Of a stretch of DNA of 64,000 nt, positions 38,601-47,137 are shown piece by piece. Origin of the DNA: an uncultured bacterium (lineage in GTDB: Bacteria > Verrucomicrobiota > Verrucomicrobiia > Verrucomicrobiales > DEV007); the NCBI GenBank assembly GCA_963977015.1, contig CAXBMO010000011.1, forward strand, positions 1 through 64,000. Direction: 5' to 3'. The notes below the pieces were generated by a model that was not told the origin of the DNA, made no database searches, and was given only the letters and a program-made list of their open reading frames with translations. How positions within the stretch are numbered: position 1 is the stretch's first letter; every line of letters starts with the position of its first letter. The translations under genes and the position numbers were made by a program.

Positions 38601-40217
38601 GGTGACAAGGTGAATGAGCTGATCGCACGACTTCGGCACACCCAGCCGGGCGTGACCCTGATTTCGCCTCCTCCTCACCACGATATTTACTCGATCGAGG
38701 ATCTCGCCCAACTGATTCATGACCTGAAAGAAGTGAACACTTCGGCAAAGGTCGTCGTGAAATTGGTTGCGGAAGCCGGAGTCGGCACCGTTGCCGCAGG
38801 TGTCGCCAAAGCGAATGCGGACGTCATCCTGATTTCCGGACACGACGGCGGAACCGGCGCGTCTCCGATCAGTTCGATCAAGCACGCGGGGCTTCCCTGG
38901 GAACTCGGTCTCGCCGAAGCTCAGCAGGTTCTCATGCTGAACAACCTGCGCGAACGGGTGATTCTTCGGACCGACGGCGGCATGCGCACCGGGCGCGATA
39001 TTGTTCAGGCCGCGCTTCTTGGCGCTGAGGAATACAACTTTGGCACGATCGCCATGATTGCCATGGGTTGCGTTTACGTTCGGAAATGTCACCTCAACAA
39101 CTGTCCGGTTGGCGTCGCGACTCAGGATCCCAAGTACCGCGCCAAATTCAAAGGCGAGGTGGAGCATGTCGTGAATTTCTTCAATGCCGTGGCTGAAGAC
39201 GTCCGTCGGCACCTGGCTCAACTTGGAGTTCGCAAGATGGATGAGATCATCGGGCATCCTGGATTTCTCAAGCAGCGGGAAGTGCCAAATCATCCCAAGG
39301 CGAACACACTGAACCTGGGCGCGATCCTCAAGGATGTCGCCAAAGACGTGGGTGAAGATTTGCCTCGCGCCCATCGTTGGGAGCGGAACGACGGTTTGCA
39401 TGCGGAAGCGCTCGACGTCCGGATCATCAAGGATGTTGCGCAAACTCTGGAAGACGGAAAGACCCCCATTTCCAAGAGTTATCCCGTGGTTAACACCAAC
39501 CGGAACGTTGGCACGCGATTGGCGGGTGAAGTCGCCAAAAAATGGGCCAATCACGGAATTCCGGATGGCACAATTGATCTCCAGTTTTCCGGAAGTGCAG
39601 GTCAGAGTTTCGGCACCTTCCTGTGCGGTGGAATTCGCATGACGCTGACTGGCGAGGCGAATGACTACGTTGGCAAAGGCATGTGCGGAGGTGAGATTAT
39701 TCTCAAAGCTCCAGAGAAGCGCGGCTTTGTTCCTGGTGAAAACTCCATTCTTGGAAACACCGTGATGTATGGTTCAACCGGCGGGAAGCTTTTCGCCAAT
39801 GGCCGGGCCGGAGAACGTTTCTGCGTTCGCAACTCTGGTGGAACCGCAATCGTTGAAGGCGTGGGAGACCACGGGTGCGAATACATGACGAATGGTTTTG
39901 TGGTGATTCTCGGTCGCACCGGAAAGAACTTCGGAGCCGGCATGAGCGGGGGCACCGCCTACATTCTGGATCGGAAAGACCGTTTTGATACGCTGATCAA
40001 CCCGGAGATGATTGAAGTGGTCGATCTTGAGGACGAGGCAGACATCGCGGCGGTCAAAGCTCTCATCGAGCAACACCGCGACTACACGAACAGCGAACGT
40101 GCCGAAGAGGTGCTTTCTGACTGGGATGCGTCGCTCAAGCTCTTCCGCAAGGTTCAGCCCAAGAGAAAGGCCGCCCCAGAGAAAGCTGAAGAGCCAACGA
40201 AGAAAGCCGCAGTCTAG
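35634..40217 (+). CDS. gltB: Glutamate synthase large subunit
   Basis: DACGVG, HQRFSTNT, EPWDGPA, GAKPGEGGQLPG, CHLNNCPVGVATQ, GXGXG domain. Confidence 0.98.
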   Translation: MNRKLLPHYPHVQGSLHQPNLERDACGVGVVAHVKGERSNKILEYGLVSCCNVMHRGAMEADGKTGDGAGVLTQLPYKILLPAAEAMGVKLDDEKELGVGVFFLPQDAECRTKAKVMTEGIIRQHQIEVIGWREVPVNPDELGEKARKTMPVIEQLLVKRGADMDEKKFERSLYMTRREIERKMREEIPDLYISSFSHRTISYKALALPPAMRKFYADLTNPDYETGICLYHQRFSTNTFPSWPLGQPFRMLAHNGEINTVRGNRNWLNCSEKDFKSDVWGDEIDLMTEVVHSDDSDSASLDAALELLVLSGRSVPHAMAMLVPAAWRIDPTTPKPVQSFYEYHRCFQEPWDGPASLVFTDGRVVAATLDRNGLRPSRFKLTEDGIFSLGSEVGTIGLDDEKVIRKGRLAPGQMICVDTIDGVFYSDDEVKDALGAKQPYGKWLEENRVHFSELVSSEPQAPEGDLDVMSLTQKQVTFDINKEEVGEILAPMLKTGAEAIGSMGDDAALSILSSRPKLLLTYFKQLFAQVTNPPIDPIRERLVMSLNVNLGWQRNRLVESPEHARMVHLASPFLLDHQLEKLMNLEGFPSRKIDITWPVSEGAAGLEKAIDRISREAEEAADAHNPILVLSDRNVDHEHAPIPAIMAVGAVHNHLNRVHKRMWLSIVIETGEVRDTHSAATMFGFGAQAIVPYLAVDTIREALQNDPRKKLGEISYVDGVKNYLSALEKGVLKIMSKMGISVLSSYQGAQIFEAVGVGSKVIDRCFTGTSSKVEGVGFEEIANETLDRHRQAFGKAVPGGEEVALKLDDPGYLKFRRDGERHGMPNPIIKNFHTFIKSGDPVQYEQYVEDLKSHHPVALKDVMDFNSPNDPIPVEEVEPKEEILRRFTTAAMSLGALSPEAHEMLAVAMNRIGGRSDSGEGGEDSRRFTRYTEETAKDTIFEAGDWGNSKIKQVASGRFGVHTHYLVNAEQLEIKMAQGAKPGEGGQLPGDKVNELIARLRHTQPGVTLISPPPHHDIYSIEDLAQLIHDLKEVNTSAKVVVKLVAEAGVGTVAAGVAKANADVILISGHDGGTGASPISSIKHAGLPWELGLAEAQQVLMLNNLRERVILRTDGGMRTGRDIVQAALLGAEEYNFGTIAMIAMGCVYVRKCHLNNCPVGVATQDPKYRAKFKGEVEHVVNFFNAVAEDVRRHLAQLGVRKMDEIIGHPGFLKQREVPNHPKANTLNLGAILKDVAKDVGEDLPRAHRWERNDGLHAEALDVRIIKDVAQTLEDGKTPISKSYPVVNTNRNVGTRLAGEVAKKWANHGIPDGTIDLQFSGSAGQSFGTFLCGGIRMTLTGEANDYVGKGMCGGEIILKAPEKRGFVPGENSILGNTVMYGSTGGKLFANGRAGERFCVRNSGGTAIVEGVGDHGCEYMTNGFVVILGRTGKNFGAGMSGGTAYILDRKDRFDTLINPEMIEVVDLEDEADIAAVKALIEQHRDYTNSERAEEVLSDWDASLKLFRKVQPKRKAAPEKAEEPTKKAAV

Positions 40218-40252
40218 GCCAGGCCCAAGAACACATTCCTTCTGGCGAAGCT

Positions 40253-41368
40253 CTACTGGCCTGCCGGAACCGTCTGATCTTGCACGATGGTTCCCGTGCC
40301 CAGGAGTTGCTGTGCGAGGAAGGTTTCGACCAGCTTTTGAATGGCCGGGCCAAACCCTCGGCCGTGTCCGCCATCCTGTACCGTCACGAACGTGGCGCTC
40401 ACACCACTGGCTTCCAGCTTCTTCTCGAAATCTACGGATTGAGGGTAGGGGACGAGGTCGTCTTTGGTGCCGTGGACGATGAGCGTCGGTGCGTCATCTG
40501 CGGTCACATGTGTGATGGGCGAAGCGTTGTTCGCCCGATCCTTGTTTGCTTGAATGGCGCCACCAATCAGGATCGATTCGGGTGAATTCGGAGCATTGTG
40601 ATCGATCTTGCTGGGGTGATCGTTCATCGTGAGTAACTCGGTCGGTCCATAGTAGTCTACGACGCAGGCAACGTCGCTCGATTGGCCGGTATGCGGACCA
40701 ATGGTTCCCTCCAGATCGGCGACTCCGTGGCTGACCCCCAACATCGCAACCAAATGGCCGCCGGCGGAGGAACCCCAGACCGCAATTCGGTCAGGATCCA
40801 GATTGTATTTTTCAGCGTTGGCGCGAATCCAGCGAATCGCGGCTTTGCAGTCGTGAATCTGAGCGGGCCACGGGGCCTCGGTGCTCAATCGATACCCGAT
40901 CGAAACGCCCGCATAGCTGCCCGTTGTCGCGAGCCGGGCTACCTTGGTGCCGTTGCTTTTGTCGCCTGCCTTCCATCCTCCTCCATGAATCCAGCAAACC
41001 ACGGGAAGTGGATCGTCTCCGAGCTCCTTGGGGAGATACAAGTCCAGCTTTTGCTTGGGATTGTCGTTCCCCGCGTAGTCCAGATCGGAAAGCTTTGTGA
41101 ACTGATCGTTCCCGACATTTCCGCGTTCCGGACGAGCCGGATCATTCCGTTTCGTCACCGCAAGGTGCTCTTCCAGCGAAATCGCGCCGTCCTTGTTCGT
41201 GTCGACGCGTTCGAAGTTCTTCTGGAGAGGCTGGGGCAACTCATCCTTGGTCAACTTGCCATCCTTGTTCCGGTCCCAATTTGTGAATCGGCGATCCGGT
41301 TCCACTTGGGCGAGGCCGGAGAGGGGAAAGGCGATGGCGAGAAGAAGTAACGAGAGATGGGGCTTCAT
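40253..41368 (-). CDS. Secreted alpha/beta hydrolase (esterase) with N-terminal EF-hands
   Basis: DRNKDGKL and DTNKDGAI EF-hands, HGGGW, GSSAGG, HGTKD, GGHG. Confidence 0.9.
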   Translation of the reverse strand: MKPHLSLLLLAIAFPLSGLAQVEPDRRFTNWDRNKDGKLTKDELPQPLQKNFERVDTNKDGAISLEEHLAVTKRNDPARPERGNVGNDQFTKLSDLDYAGNDNPKQKLDLYLPKELGDDPLPVVCWIHGGGWKAGDKSNGTKVARLATTGSYAGVSIGYRLSTEAPWPAQIHDCKAAIRWIRANAEKYNLDPDRIAVWGSSAGGHLVAMLGVSHGVADLEGTIGPHTGQSSDVACVVDYYGPTELLTMNDHPSKIDHNAPNSPESILIGGAIQANKDRANNASPITHVTADDAPTLIVHGTKDDLVPYPQSVDFEKKLEASGVSATFVTVQDGGHGRGFGPAIQKLVETFLAQQLLGTGTIVQDQTVPAGQ

Positions 41369-41449
41369 GAGATAGGGGTTAAAACTGAAGAAAGCGGTCA
41401 AAGTTTCGCAGCAAACCGAGAAAAAGCGGGATGGAACCGTTGCTAACGG

Positions 41450-42724
41450 TCACTCTGCCGACAGTGGAATCGAGACTCCGACTTCAGCGGAAAACTGGTT
41501 CAGCCATTCGCGTCGCCCCTGCTCGGGAACGTCGAGCGAACGGATGGTTGGTTCTACGTCAGGATACCCTTCGACTTCATCCTGGCTGTCAATCATGCGT
41601 GACGTTCCCGCCAACGCCTGGCTTACGATTCGGGCGTCCGTTGCGTCGCGATCACCGGGTCTGGCGCCAACCCTTCTCGCCACATGCCAGAGCGTTTGGG
41701 CCTCACCGATTGGCTCCAGCCCTTCCGGCCACAGGGGCGGTTCCGGCAAGGTATCGAATGGCTTTCGCAAGACGGGAATCGTTTGGCCGTCGCGGTTGAA
41801 CCCAACATTCCCCCGGAAGTGAGCCGACGCGATTCCTTCAAACACGGCGGAAGACAATTTGGTATCCTCGCCAAACAGAACGATGTTTCCCACCACGGAA
41901 AGCACCGGCTGTCCCTCTCCGTAAGCAGGGTCCAGTCCCACATGAATCGAGCGTTGGCCTGGATTTGCGATCACGTTGTTGACGATGACGCCGGACGTTC
42001 GGGGCTGGAAAAGCGGATTGCGCTCCACGTTGCTGCAATAGAGATTCCTCACGAGGGCAACTTGCTGAGTTCCGCCGAAAATGAGGGAACCTTTCGAGTG
42101 CGGTCCTTTCGCATGGGTCGAGTCGTTCAGCCCCTCGGCGATGATGCAATTGCGGACGAAAAGGCGGTGACTTGGAATCCCGTCTTCAGGTTTGTAGGAC
42201 GTCGGGGAGATGCCTTCATCCACGCACCACGTTACCGAACAGTGATCGATCCAAACGTCGGAAGGTCCCCGCGTCGTGGTGATCCCGTCAGGTTCCCAGC
42301 CGCTGCGTTTTGCCTTGCCAGCATCACCGGGGCGAATTCGCAAGTGTTGGAGGACCACCTGACTTTCCCGAATTTCCAGGCCTCCCTTGATGAGGGTGAT
42401 TCCGGGGCTGGGGGCGGTCTGGCCGGCGACGACGATCTGGGGATGGCGAATCGATAGGCCTCGTTCCTTGAGGTCGATGACCCCGCCGACTTCAAAAATG
42501 ACCAAGCGGGGACCTTTCTGTTGCAACGCATCGCGCAGGGTTCCACGGCCTTCGCCTTCCAGGGAGGTCACCCGGTAGACCGTTGCCTGATCAAGCTCAA
42601 ATCCAACATCCGGTAGTAGGTTCTCCTGCCACTGCCAATCCTCTTGCTCCGCATTGGAAGGCAGGATTGTGCCTTGGAGGAATAGTGAGAAGAGAGGCCA
42701 AAGGAAGTTGAGGGGTTTCGTCAT
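41450..42724 (-). CDS. Pectate lyase-like (PL1-type) beta-helix protein
   Basis: GTLRDAL, IFEVGG, AGQTAP, WIDHCS, HSKGSL, ERNP. Confidence 0.85.
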   Translation of the reverse strand: MTKPLNFLWPLFSLFLQGTILPSNAEQEDWQWQENLLPDVGFELDQATVYRVTSLEGEGRGTLRDALQQKGPRLVIFEVGGVIDLKERGLSIRHPQIVVAGQTAPSPGITLIKGGLEIRESQVVLQHLRIRPGDAGKAKRSGWEPDGITTTRGPSDVWIDHCSVTWCVDEGISPTSYKPEDGIPSHRLFVRNCIIAEGLNDSTHAKGPHSKGSLIFGGTQQVALVRNLYCSNVERNPLFQPRTSGVIVNNVIANPGQRSIHVGLDPAYGEGQPVLSVVGNIVLFGEDTKLSSAVFEGIASAHFRGNVGFNRDGQTIPVLRKPFDTLPEPPLWPEGLEPIGEAQTLWHVARRVGARPGDRDATDARIVSQALAGTSRMIDSQDEVEGYPDVEPTIRSLDVPEQGRREWLNQFSAEVGVSIPLSAE

Positions 42725-42898
42725 ATCTACAAACGGGGGTGCAGAGGAATTTGTAGAGGGGAGGGGAAGCGTTGTGAAGCGATTTTCAAAGCGTGGAGCG
42801 TCTTGAACCCTGATTGGGGTTGAATAATGCAGTTTCGCCCCTGAATTGTAAGAGACTTCTCGTCGAAGCCGACAATCGTCAGCAACGAAGTCACCTTC

Positions 42899-43183
42899 AT
42901 GAAAGCCAGACGACGCAGACCTCGTTGGGCCCGGAACCTGGGTCACACGCTCTATCTCGTGCTTGCGATCATTGCGATCGTGGCCGGGGTGGTCCTGTTT
43001 CCGCTGCCCATTCCCGTGGGGCTACCATTGATTGCCATCGGCCTGGCGCTCTTGCTGCGATCATTTCCCGCAGTCCGGCGTTGGGTGCGGCGGCGCGCTT
43101 CCCGCGTCCCCATTCTGGCGAAGGCGTTGACTTACCTTTCTCCATCGCGAACCCGCTCCGTTCGCTCAAGTGGAAGCGCTTAG
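42899..43183 (+). CDS. Small membrane protein (PGPGW-like)
   Basis: Hydrophobic hairpin GVVLFPLPIPVGLPLI with basic flanks. Confidence 0.6.
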   Translation: MKARRRRPRWARNLGHTLYLVLAIIAIVAGVVLFPLPIPVGLPLIAIGLALLLRSFPAVRRWVRRRASRVPILAKALTYLSPSRTRSVRSSGSA

Positions 43184-43199
43184 ACGCGAGTTCGCAATC

Positions 43200-43589
43200 C
43201 TACTCGTAATTCGCGCGGATCCAGGCGGCCCAGTCGCGATAGCGTTTGGCTTGAAGATCGTTGAAGTGGACTTCCACGTTGTAGGCGATCAGGCCCGTTG
43301 ACGTTGCGCCGCTGGGAAGCGGGGAGGCAGATTCCTGAAAGGAACTGTCGAGTTCAATCAGTTGGGACCATGTCGCAGTCAATCGGGCCAGGGTTGCCTT
43401 CGCTGCGGCCTGGTTCTCGGACGGAGTGATGAGTTGGATGGCGGATTGCAGGTCTGCTTCGGCTTTCGAGAGGTTCTCTCTGGCTTGTTTGACCTTGCGG
43501 AAGGCTTCGGCTCCGGGAGCTTCCTGGCTGAGGCCGGAAGCGGCACTGACAAGGAGAATGACGGCAATGGTGAGGGCGCAGCTTTTCAT
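43200..43589 (-). CDS. Small secreted helical hypothetical protein
   Basis: Signal peptide, amphipathic helices, co-oriented downstream of the TAXI-like gene. Confidence 0.65.
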   Translation of the reverse strand: MKSCALTIAVILLVSAASGLSQEAPGAEAFRKVKQARENLSKAEADLQSAIQLITPSENQAAAKATLARLTATWSQLIELDSSFQESASPLPSGATSTGLIAYNVEVHFNDLQAKRYRDWAAWIRANYE

Positions 43590-43644
43590 GGGGTTTCAGG
43601 TAAGACGGCCCATCGGGCAATCTATTGGAAGGAAGCGGCGTGAT

Positions 43645-45060
43645 CTACCGCGGATCAAAGAGCGGCGTGGTGCTCGTATCGCGATACCCGTAGCGCTGGA
43701 GCCAAAGATCGACCATTTCGATGATCTTGGGATCGGGGTGACGGTTCCATCCAAAATCCGTCCAGGTAATTCCCTGGTCATATCCTCCATTGCCACCGGA
43801 GGCCTTGAGCCGTTCCCCTTCCTGAATTTGGCTGAGATTTGCCGCGACGTCCTTCCACAGGGAGCCCGCCCGCGGAATGCCAAAATCCTGCGATAGGCCA
43901 TAGGTGGAGTCCGGATCCGTACTCAGTTTGGTGAGCACGCGTTTAACGATGTGGCGGACCCAACGGATCTTGTGATTCGCGGCCGCAGCTTTATCGGTAT
44001 AGGAAGAATGGGTGACCAGGCAGGCGGTAACCCCCCGGGTTTTGATGGGGTTGGGGTTCGCAAAGAGGAAGTTGTAGGCATTGGCCGGAATCTCGGTTTT
44101 GACATAACCACCAAACTCGTCACGGTTCGAATCCACGATTTCGTCGGCCACGTCGCCGAAGGGGAGAAGAACCAGTTCGCCAACTTCTTTTTCGACCACA
44201 TCAACCGTTTGTCTCCCCAGGATGTTGCGCTTCTTCACCTCTTCCTGAATTTGCTTCAGCCCAAAGCGTTCCAACGCGGGAAAGGGAACGCCTCCAATCA
44301 GAATGACGGCATCCAAATAGCGCTCTCCATTCTGCGATGCGTTCTTGGGGCGAGGTTTGGTCAGGAGGTCGAGAGCGGCATCCCTCGAATAGTATTTCTT
44401 TTTCCAAACCCCTGAAATCATATCGGGCTCGCGAAGAAACATTTCCTCCAGCAAGGTGCAGGTGATGGCGGTTCCGGATCCCATTGCCCCGATATTCACC
44501 ACGGCGCCTTTGTTGAAGAGATCGGCGAGGTCTTTGTATTCGCCCTTGGACTCCTCGCGAATCACAATGTGAATCGCTTCGGTGTACAAAGGCAGGATCA
44601 GATTGATATCTTCCTTAATTTTTGCCCAGATCTGTCGAATCTCATTGTCGACTTTGCCGTGATACTTGGTGAGATGATTGACGTCACTATGTTGTTGGGC
44701 GTAATACCAGATATCGCTCTGCACGATGGCCAGTTGCACCTCATCCTCGGTCCGGAGTCGTTTAATACTGTCGAAGCTCCCCTGGGTTGCGAAGACGTTC
44801 AGTTTGATCGCCGGGTTGTTGACCTTGTCTTCCGGATCGCCAAAGCGAATGCACATATCGCTGATATCTTCGGCGAACCGAACATAGATGCCGGAGTGCG
44901 AACCGCTCGCGATTCCCGGGTTTACTCCGCGAACCGGTTTGACCGCTCCCGGGTATTCCGAAAGCTTCACACTCGAAAGGGAGGTTTGCGCCTGGGCGGA
45001 AGTTGAAAGGATCAGGGTGACGACAAGATGGCCGAGAACAGAGAAGGCTCGAGTTTTCAT
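43645..45060 (-). CDS. TAXI-family TRAP solute-binding-like protein, enlarged
   Basis: GSHSGIY, TQGSFDSI, AIVQSD, LYTEAIH, NIGAMGSGT, IPANAY. Confidence 0.75.
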   Translation of the reverse strand: MKTRAFSVLGHLVVTLILSTSAQAQTSLSSVKLSEYPGAVKPVRGVNPGIASGSHSGIYVRFAEDISDMCIRFGDPEDKVNNPAIKLNVFATQGSFDSIKRLRTEDEVQLAIVQSDIWYYAQQHSDVNHLTKYHGKVDNEIRQIWAKIKEDINLILPLYTEAIHIVIREESKGEYKDLADLFNKGAVVNIGAMGSGTAITCTLLEEMFLREPDMISGVWKKKYYSRDAALDLLTKPRPKNASQNGERYLDAVILIGGVPFPALERFGLKQIQEEVKKRNILGRQTVDVVEKEVGELVLLPFGDVADEIVDSNRDEFGGYVKTEIPANAYNFLFANPNPIKTRGVTACLVTHSSYTDKAAAANHKIRWVRHIVKRVLTKLSTDPDSTYGLSQDFGIPRAGSLWKDVAANLSQIQEGERLKASGGNGGYDQGITWTDFGWNRHPDPKIIEMVDLWLQRYGYRDTSTTPLFDPR

Positions 45061-45208
45061 GGCAGTATTCGTGGAAGGCCTATTCGAGGTGTTTGCCTCG
45101 GAAGAATGAACTCCTAACGTTGTTAGTGTGAGGGATGGGAGCCTTTCCGTCAATCTCGAGATTCCGCAGCCACGTGCCGGAAATGTCAAAGTTGGCTTGG
45201 GAGTGGCG

Positions 45209-45877
45209 TTAGGGGCTGAGCCTCATTTTGTTCCAGCAATTCGTTTCCCGATCCAGCTCAAACGCAATTCGATCGTGAAGCCGGCTGGAACGGCCTTGCC
45301 AGAACTCGATCCGAGTGGGGCGCAGGACATAGCCGCCCCAGAATGGGGGCCGGGGAACCTCGCCGCTTTCGGGATACTTGGCCTTGAACTCCGTTTCCCG
45401 GTCTTTCATCCATTCGCGATTCGGGATCACCTCACTTTGTGTTGAAACCCAGGCGCCGATTCGGCTTCCGTAGGGGCGGCTCTTGAAATAACGGTCACTT
45501 TCCTCATCGGGTAGTTTTTCCGTGACGCCGCGAACGCAGACCTGGCGCTCAAGGGTTTCCCAATAAAACGTGAGCGCTGCGGATGGGTTTTCCGCCAGAT
45601 CGCGACCTTTCCGGCTTTCGAAATTGGTGAAGAACTGGAAACCGCGTTCGTCCAGCCCCTTCAGCAGGACGGTTCGGGCAGAGACTTGGCCGCTGCCGGA
45701 CACCGTCGCTAGCGTCATCGCGTTGGGATCGATCAACTTGGCTTTCGCCACTTCATCAAACCACGCCCGAAAGAGCTGAATCGGGTCATCACCGACATCG
45801 GCCACGTCCAGTTGGTCGCGCTGATAATCAGTTCGGAGATCGGGAAGGTCTTCGCTCGGGATGACGGCTTTTGGCAT
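45209..45877 (-). CDS. pdxH: Pyridoxine/pyridoxamine 5'-phosphate oxidase
   Basis: [33 protein letters not shown]. Confidence 0.96.
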   Translation of the reverse strand: MPKAVIPSEDLPDLRTDYQRDQLDVADVGDDPIQLFRAWFDEVAKAKLIDPNAMTLATVSGSGQVSARTVLLKGLDERGFQFFTNFESRKGRDLAENPSAALTFYWETLERQVCVRGVTEKLPDEESDRYFKSRPYGSRIGAWVSTQSEVIPNREWMKDRETEFKAKYPESGEVPRPPFWGGYVLRPTRIEFWQGRSSRLHDRIAFELDRETNCWNKMRLSP

Positions 45878-45930
45878 GATCGGGTTTGATTACGTTGTAT
45901 TCGTGCTAGTGTCTACGATCTCACCTTTTC

Positions 45931-46497
45931 ATGCAAGCTGTGAACCAACCGTTAGCTTCCTACGTCGATCAGATTTTGATTACCCAGGGTCAGATCCACG
46001 AGCGGGTGGCTGAGCTGGGAACGGAGATCGAATCCCGGCACGAGGGTGGAGATTTGACGCTCCTGGTCATTCTTCACGGGAGCATTCTGTTCGCCGCAGA
46101 TTTGATGCGGGCCATGTCGGTGCCGGTTTACCTGGAATCGTTTCGGGTTGCCAGTTATCACGGGGGAACGGCTAGTTCCGGGACGGTGAGCATGGAGCAG
46201 GCAGAGACCTTGAGGCATCTCAAAGGGCAGAATGTGTTGCTGGTCGATGACATTCTCGACTCGGGAAGAACGCTCCATGCGGTCAAGAGACTCTTGGAAG
46301 AGGAGATTGAAGCGGCCACCGTTCGGTCTTGCGTGTTGCTCGACAAAAAGGTGACTCGCTCGATGGATGCTGCGGCTGATTTTACCGGATTTGAGATCGA
46401 GGATGCCTTTGTGATTGGCTATGGGTTGGATTATCAGGGGAAATTCCGGAATCTGCCGTTTATCGGCACGCTGAAACCGGAATGCATCGAATCCTGA
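45931..46497 (+). CDS. hpt: Hypoxanthine phosphoribosyltransferase
   Basis: VDDILDSGRTL, FVIGYGLDY, RNLPFI. Confidence 0.94.
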   Translation: MQAVNQPLASYVDQILITQGQIHERVAELGTEIESRHEGGDLTLLVILHGSILFAADLMRAMSVPVYLESFRVASYHGGTASSGTVSMEQAETLRHLKGQNVLLVDDILDSGRTLHAVKRLLEEEIEAATVRSCVLLDKKVTRSMDAAADFTGFEIEDAFVIGYGLDYQGKFRNLPFIGTLKPECIES

Positions 46498-46553
46498 CGC
46501 CGCCTTTCTTTGCGCTTCCCGTTTGGCTGAAGAAGTGCTAAGAACTGCCAACC

Positions 46554-47132
46554 ATGCAGTGGTACTATCTGGACGAAAATCAGCGCCAAGTTGAAGCTTC
46601 GGAAGCCGATCTTCACGACTTGAGGATGCGTCGCGTCATCACGGATCAGACCATGATTTGGAACGAGACGTTGCCGGAGTGGGTTGAAATGGGGAGAGCC
46701 TTGCCCATGCAACTGGGGCAATACGAGGAACCGACCAAGGAAGAACTGGAAGAACTCATCAATCCCCTGGCAACCGCGGCTGAAAAGCATCCCCCGGCCA
46801 ATTCCTCAGACACCAGGGTTTATGCCAGCGTCGTTGCGCAGAGTGCGGGCTGGATGAAATTTCTCGGGATTCTGGGCATCATCAATGGTGTCCTGCTCTG
46901 TCTGACCCTGATTGGAGCCGTCGTGGGGTGGATTCCCATTTGGATGGGCCGGATGCTGGTGAGTTCCGCGAATTCTGCGCAGGATGCCCAATCGACCGGT
47001 AGCCGGTTTGAAATGACGGACAGCCTGGAGAAAATGACGAAAGTTCTGAAGGTCAGTGCCGTCCTTACCCTTCTCGGGATCATTCTCGCGATCATTGGCG
47101 GAATTGTCGCCTTGGTGATCCAGGTCGGCTGA
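46554..47132 (+). CDS. GYF_2 (DUF4339) plus DUF5362-like membrane protein
   Basis: WYY...TMIWNETLPEW N-terminus; WMKFLGI...GWIPIWMG membrane region. Confidence 0.75.
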   Translation: MQWYYLDENQRQVEASEADLHDLRMRRVITDQTMIWNETLPEWVEMGRALPMQLGQYEEPTKEELEELINPLATAAEKHPPANSSDTRVYASVVAQSAGWMKFLGILGIINGVLLCLTLIGAVVGWIPIWMGRMLVSSANSAQDAQSTGSRFEMTDSLEKMTKVLKVSAVLTLLGIILAIIGGIVALVIQVG

Positions 47133-47137
47133 GTTGA

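Noticed and set aside
36804-39554. 916-aa minus-strand ORF
   Set aside because: Antisense shadow of gltB caused by codon bias; no recognisable motifs.
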